Assembly (NCBI GenBank): GCA_046292385.1
Contig: JBKBRF010000026.1
Coordinates: 1 to 64,000, forward strand
Direction: 5' to 3'
Origin: Armatimonadota bacterium
Lineage (GTDB): Bacteria > Armatimonadota > SYMT01
DNA: 64,000 bases
The position numbers were made by a program, and so were the translations under genes. Numbering within the stretch: the first letter of the stretch is position 1; each line of letters opens with the position of its first letter. This document shows positions 60,602 to 64,000 of this stretch, piece by piece. The notes beneath the pieces were generated by a model. That model worked only from the letters and a program-made list of their open reading frames with translations. It was not told the DNA's origin and made no database searches.

Positions 60602-62524
60602 ATGGCCCGAAATAACAGACGACGCCGCTGGCGCGCATTCCAGCCGATTCAGGGCGAGCTCGGTCGGAAGGAAGCGTTCCGGCACCTCTTCGCCTACATG
60701 AAGCCGCTGCGGGGCGTCCTCTGTCTCGCCCTGCTCGCCACCACGCTCTGGGTGGGGATCAACATCGGCTCCGGCTACCTGCTCAAGGGTCTGTTCGACA
60801 TCCTTCAGCAGGCCGGTAAGAAGGGCGTCGCGGCAGACATCAGCCGGATCAACTGGCTGATCGGGATGCTGGTGCTGGTCTACGCCGTGCGGGTGGTGCT
60901 CTTCTTCGCGATGCAGTACTCCTGGGCCTACTCGTCCAACCGGCTTACGCTGCGGATGCGGAACGACATCTTCGCCCACCTGCAGCGGATGTCGTTCTCT
61001 TTCTTCGACCGGCGCAAGACCGGCCAGTTGATGTCGAGCCTGAGCAGCGACGTGCCCCAGGTCTCGGACGTGCTCGACGCGCTGAAGGACGCCATCAACG
61101 CCCCGCTCACGCTGGTCGGCGGCACGCTCCTGCTCTTCTGGCTCAACTGGAAGCTCGCGTTCGTGGCGCTGATCTGCGTCCCCGCCATCGCCTTCCTGAT
61201 CCGGCAGGCGACCAAGCGCGTGGAGAAGTACGTCACGTCGCTGCAGGACAGCCGCGCCCGGGTGCTCGACGTGGCGGAAGAGGCGCTCTCCTCCGTGCGG
61301 ACGGTGCAGTGCTTCGGGAACGAGGAGCACGAGATCGCCAAGTTCCGGCACCACAGTCACGAGGTGGCGCGCAACGTGCTCCGCAACGTGCGGGTGCGCA
61401 GCATCATGAAGCCGACGGTGGAGTTCACCGGCATGCTGGCGCTGCTGGTGATCGTCTGGATCGGCAGCATCCAGGCGGTCCGCAACCCCGAGCAGCTCAC
61501 GTTCGGCGACCTCGTCTGGTTCTTGATGGTGCTGAAGCAAGTCACCGACGGCGCGAAGGACTGCGGCAACATCAGCCTGCACCTCAGCGTGGTTACCGTG
61601 GCGGCGGACCGCGTCTTCACGCTCCTCAACATGAAGAGCGAGATCCAGGACCGCCCGGACGCCCGCGAAATGGTGAACCCCGCGGGCCGGGTGGAGTTCG
61701 AGCACGTCGACTTTGCCTACCAGCCCTCCCGGCCGGTGCTGAAGGACGTCAGCTTCTCCATGGAGCGGGGGCAGGTGGTGGCGGTGGTCGGCCCTACCGG
61801 CGCCGGCAAGACGACGATCGCCGCGCTGATCCCGCGCTTCTACGACGTCACCGGCGGCGCGGTCAGGATCGACGGGCTCGACATCCGGCAGTACCAGCTC
61901 GCGTCGCTGCGCAAGCACATCGGGATCGTGCCGCAGGATACCGTCCTCTTCGCCGGCAGCCTGCGGGACAACATCGCCTACGGCCGGGTCGACGCCACGC
62001 TGGAGGAGATCACCGCCGCGGCGAAGGCGGCGAACGCGTGGGAGTTCATCGAGAAGCTGCCGAGGGGGCTGAATACGATGGTCGGCGAGCGCGGCGTGAT
62101 GCTCTCCGGCGGACAGCGCCAGCGGATCGCCATCGCCCGCGCCATCCTGCGCAACCCGACGATCCTGATCCTGGACGAGGCGACCTCCTCCCTCGACAAC
62201 CGCTCCGAGCGGCTGGTGCAGGACGCGCTGCAGCGCTTGATGCAGCACCGCACCACCCTGGTGATCGCTCACCGCCTTTCCACGGTGCGCAACGCCGACC
62301 TGATCATCGTGTTGAAGGACGGCGAGGTGGTGGAGCGCGGGCGCCACGACGAGCTGATCGCGGCGGACGGTCTCTACGCCACGCTCTACCAGTCGCAGTT
62401 CCTCTCTCGCGAGGCGGAGGCGCTGGAAGACGCCGCCGGGGCGCTGGTCGAGGACGCGCTGGCGCCGGAGCGTTCCCGGCCTTCCGGCGGCGAGCCGGAG
62501 AAGGCGGTCCAGAGCGTCTTCTGA
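60602..62524 (+). CDS. ABC exporter, fused permease/ATPase (MsbA-like)
   Basis: GPTGAGKT, LSGGQRQR, ILDEATS, IAHRLST; N-terminal TM domain. Confidence 0.93.
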   Translation: MARNNRRRRWRAFQPIQGELGRKEAFRHLFAYMKPLRGVLCLALLATTLWVGINIGSGYLLKGLFDILQQAGKKGVAADISRINWLIGMLVLVYAVRVVLFFAMQYSWAYSSNRLTLRMRNDIFAHLQRMSFSFFDRRKTGQLMSSLSSDVPQVSDVLDALKDAINAPLTLVGGTLLLFWLNWKLAFVALICVPAIAFLIRQATKRVEKYVTSLQDSRARVLDVAEEALSSVRTVQCFGNEEHEIAKFRHHSHEVARNVLRNVRVRSIMKPTVEFTGMLALLVIVWIGSIQAVRNPEQLTFGDLVWFLMVLKQVTDGAKDCGNISLHLSVVTVAADRVFTLLNMKSEIQDRPDAREMVNPAGRVEFEHVDFAYQPSRPVLKDVSFSMERGQVVAVVGPTGAGKTTIAALIPRFYDVTGGAVRIDGLDIRQYQLASLRKHIGIVPQDTVLFAGSLRDNIAYGRVDATLEEITAAAKAANAWEFIEKLPRGLNTMVGERGVMLSGGQRQRIAIARAILRNPTILILDEATSSLDNRSERLVQDALQRLMQHRTTLVIAHRLSTVRNADLIIVLKDGEVVERGRHDELIAADGLYATLYQSQFLSREAEALEDAAGALVEDALAPERSRPSGGEPEKAVQSVF

Positions 62525-62565
62525 GGAGAGTCGGTTACTAAAGCCGAGAGCTCTGGGAGGAGGCG

Positions 62566-62710
62566 GCGAGGCATTGAAATACCTCGCTGGACGGCCTGCG
62601 GCCAAGCGTCCTCCGGACGCCCGAACCAGGCCCTTCACAGTCCCCGCAGGGGGTCCCCCGTCCAGGGGATAAAACTTCGTGCCGTGGTTGCCGCGGTTTC
62701 AACCGCCCGG
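62566..62710. mobile_element. ~145-bp REP/MITE-like repeat, copy 3
   Basis: Full-length match to 6091-6234. Confidence 0.75.
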
Positions 62711-62952
62711 CATCGCGTAATCCCCGGGCGTTTTCCGGGCTTTCGATCAGGGAGCCCAGCGCGCTGAGCGTGTCAACCGGATTCCACGGAATCCTCGTCT
62801 AGCCCCGAAAACCGGCTGATTCCACGAATGAACCACTAAAACTCGCCGTGCAACTGTTCCGAGGCACTCATTGCCACCCCGGGTCGGGTTAGCCGTGCGA
62901 TAGCGCGGATACGATCAGACTCGCCGGGCGTGTCCGTCCGGCAGAGGTGGTT

Positions 62953-63216
62953 ATGGTGTATCGAATCTCTCTGGTAACGAGCGATACGACGCTGCTGGAA
63001 GTACCGGTAGCGGCGTTTCCGTCTTCCGCAACGGCACTCAGTATCGCGGCGCGGCAGGCGCGGCGGCACGCCCGCTCCGGCAGCCCCGTGCTGCTGACCG
63101 GGCCAGACGTGGAGGTGGTCTACTGGCTCGACCCGGCCACGCGCCGGATCCAGCCGTTCGACGGAAACGGCCGCCCCTGGCGCAAGCCCCGCACCCGGGA
63201 AGAGCTGCCGCACTAA
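62953..63216 (+). CDS. Small hypothetical protein
   Basis: 87-aa ORF with GAGGTGG RBS, first of three co-oriented genes. Confidence 0.55.
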   Translation: MVYRISLVTSDTTLLEVPVAAFPSSATALSIAARQARRHARSGSPVLLTGPDVEVVYWLDPATRRIQPFDGNGRPWRKPRTREELPH

Positions 63217-63238
63217 CCCCTGGCTAGGGCCGGCTGCG

Positions 63239-63775
63239 ATGATCCGGATCAAGCAGAGCGGAACAGACCGCGACCTCCTGCGGGTCAGCGGGCGGACGCT
63301 GGTGGAGGCGGACCTGAGCTTTCGCACGCTGCGTGAGGGCGATCTGGTGGGCCGCACCCTCGACGGAGCGGCGCTCGACGGCGCGGACCTCCACCGGGCG
63401 CACCTGCTGCGCGCGTCCCTGCGCGGCGCTTCCCTCGTTGGCGCCTCGTTGATCTGCGCGGAGTTGGGGGAGGCGGACCTGCGCGGGGCGGACCTGACCT
63501 TCGCTGCCCTGGAGGCCGCGGACCTGCGCGGCGCCGACCTGCGGGAGAGCTGCCTGGACCGTGCCCGGCTGTACGGCGCCAACCTGCAGCGGGCACGCCT
63601 GGAAGGAGCCGACCTGCGTTGGGCGCGCCTGAACGGGGCGGACTTGTTGGGCGCCCGCGCGGACCAGCACACCCTCTGGCCGGACGGCTTCGAGCCCCAC
63701 GCCGCGGGGGTGTTGGTGGCCCCCACGGACGCGGACGCCGGGGGCTCCCCGGGCGGCGAGCCCCCGGCGGGGTAA
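63239..63775 (+). CDS. Pentapeptide repeat protein
   Basis: A(D/N)LxG repeats. Confidence 0.9.
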   Translation: MIRIKQSGTDRDLLRVSGRTLVEADLSFRTLREGDLVGRTLDGAALDGADLHRAHLLRASLRGASLVGASLICAELGEADLRGADLTFAALEAADLRGADLRESCLDRARLYGANLQRARLEGADLRWARLNGADLLGARADQHTLWPDGFEPHAAGVLVAPTDADAGGSPGGEPPAG

Positions 63776-63781
63776 CGGTCG

Positions 63782-64000
63782 ATGCCCCTGGAAGAGTACC
63801 GCCGCAAGCGGGACTTCACCCGCTCTCCGGAGCCGGGTCCGGAGCCGGCCGCGGAGCCGCCCGCGCCTCGCTTCGTGGTGCAGGAGCATCACGCGCGGCG
63901 GCTGCACTACGACTTCCGCCTGGAGATGGGCGGGGTCCTGAAGAGCTGGGCCGTCCCGAAAGGCCCCTCGCTCGATCCCCGCGTCCGCCGCCTGGCCGTG
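63782..64000 (+). CDS. ligD: LigD 3'-phosphoesterase domain (runs off window edge)
   Basis: [45 protein letters not shown]. Confidence 0.9.
   Translation, partial: MPLEEYRRKRDFTRSPEPGPEPAAEPPAPRFVVQEHHARRLHYDFRLEMGGVLKSWAVPKGPSLDPRVRRLAV

Overview
High-GC bacterial chromosome segment. The gene mix (DUF1501, DUF1080, PQQ-like propeller, Uma2) and intergenic repeat style suggest Armatimonadota or a similar soil lineage; this is inference only. About 60 CDS, mostly housekeeping or metabolic: aspS; a trpE-trpG-(M24 peptidase)-trpD-trpC operon with a sigma70 promoter, an unlisted Trp-rich leader peptide and doubled terminator; a thrC-like/sulfur-carrier/NIL operon divergent from a trans-sulfuration enzyme whose PLP lysine is lost by a compensated double indel; a pdaD-speY-speB polyamine operon with a structured leader; MarR-pirin-FMN reductase; mobA-moaD; a PIN toxin-antitoxin pair; a hybrid kinase; the start of ligD; and tRNA-Gln(TTG). 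No CRISPR array, prophage or transposase was seen. The most unusual signal is non-coding: many intergenic gaps hold palindromic elements in which different 6-7-mer tandem repeats sit as apparently interchangeable arms around a shared GAACCC...GGGTTCGG core, alongside REP/MITE families. Other candidates: an sRNA with an anti-SD loop, a duplicated orphan gene pair with its upstream region, an RMF-like small protein and two unlisted small membrane ORFs. All calls are by eye; no database searches were run.
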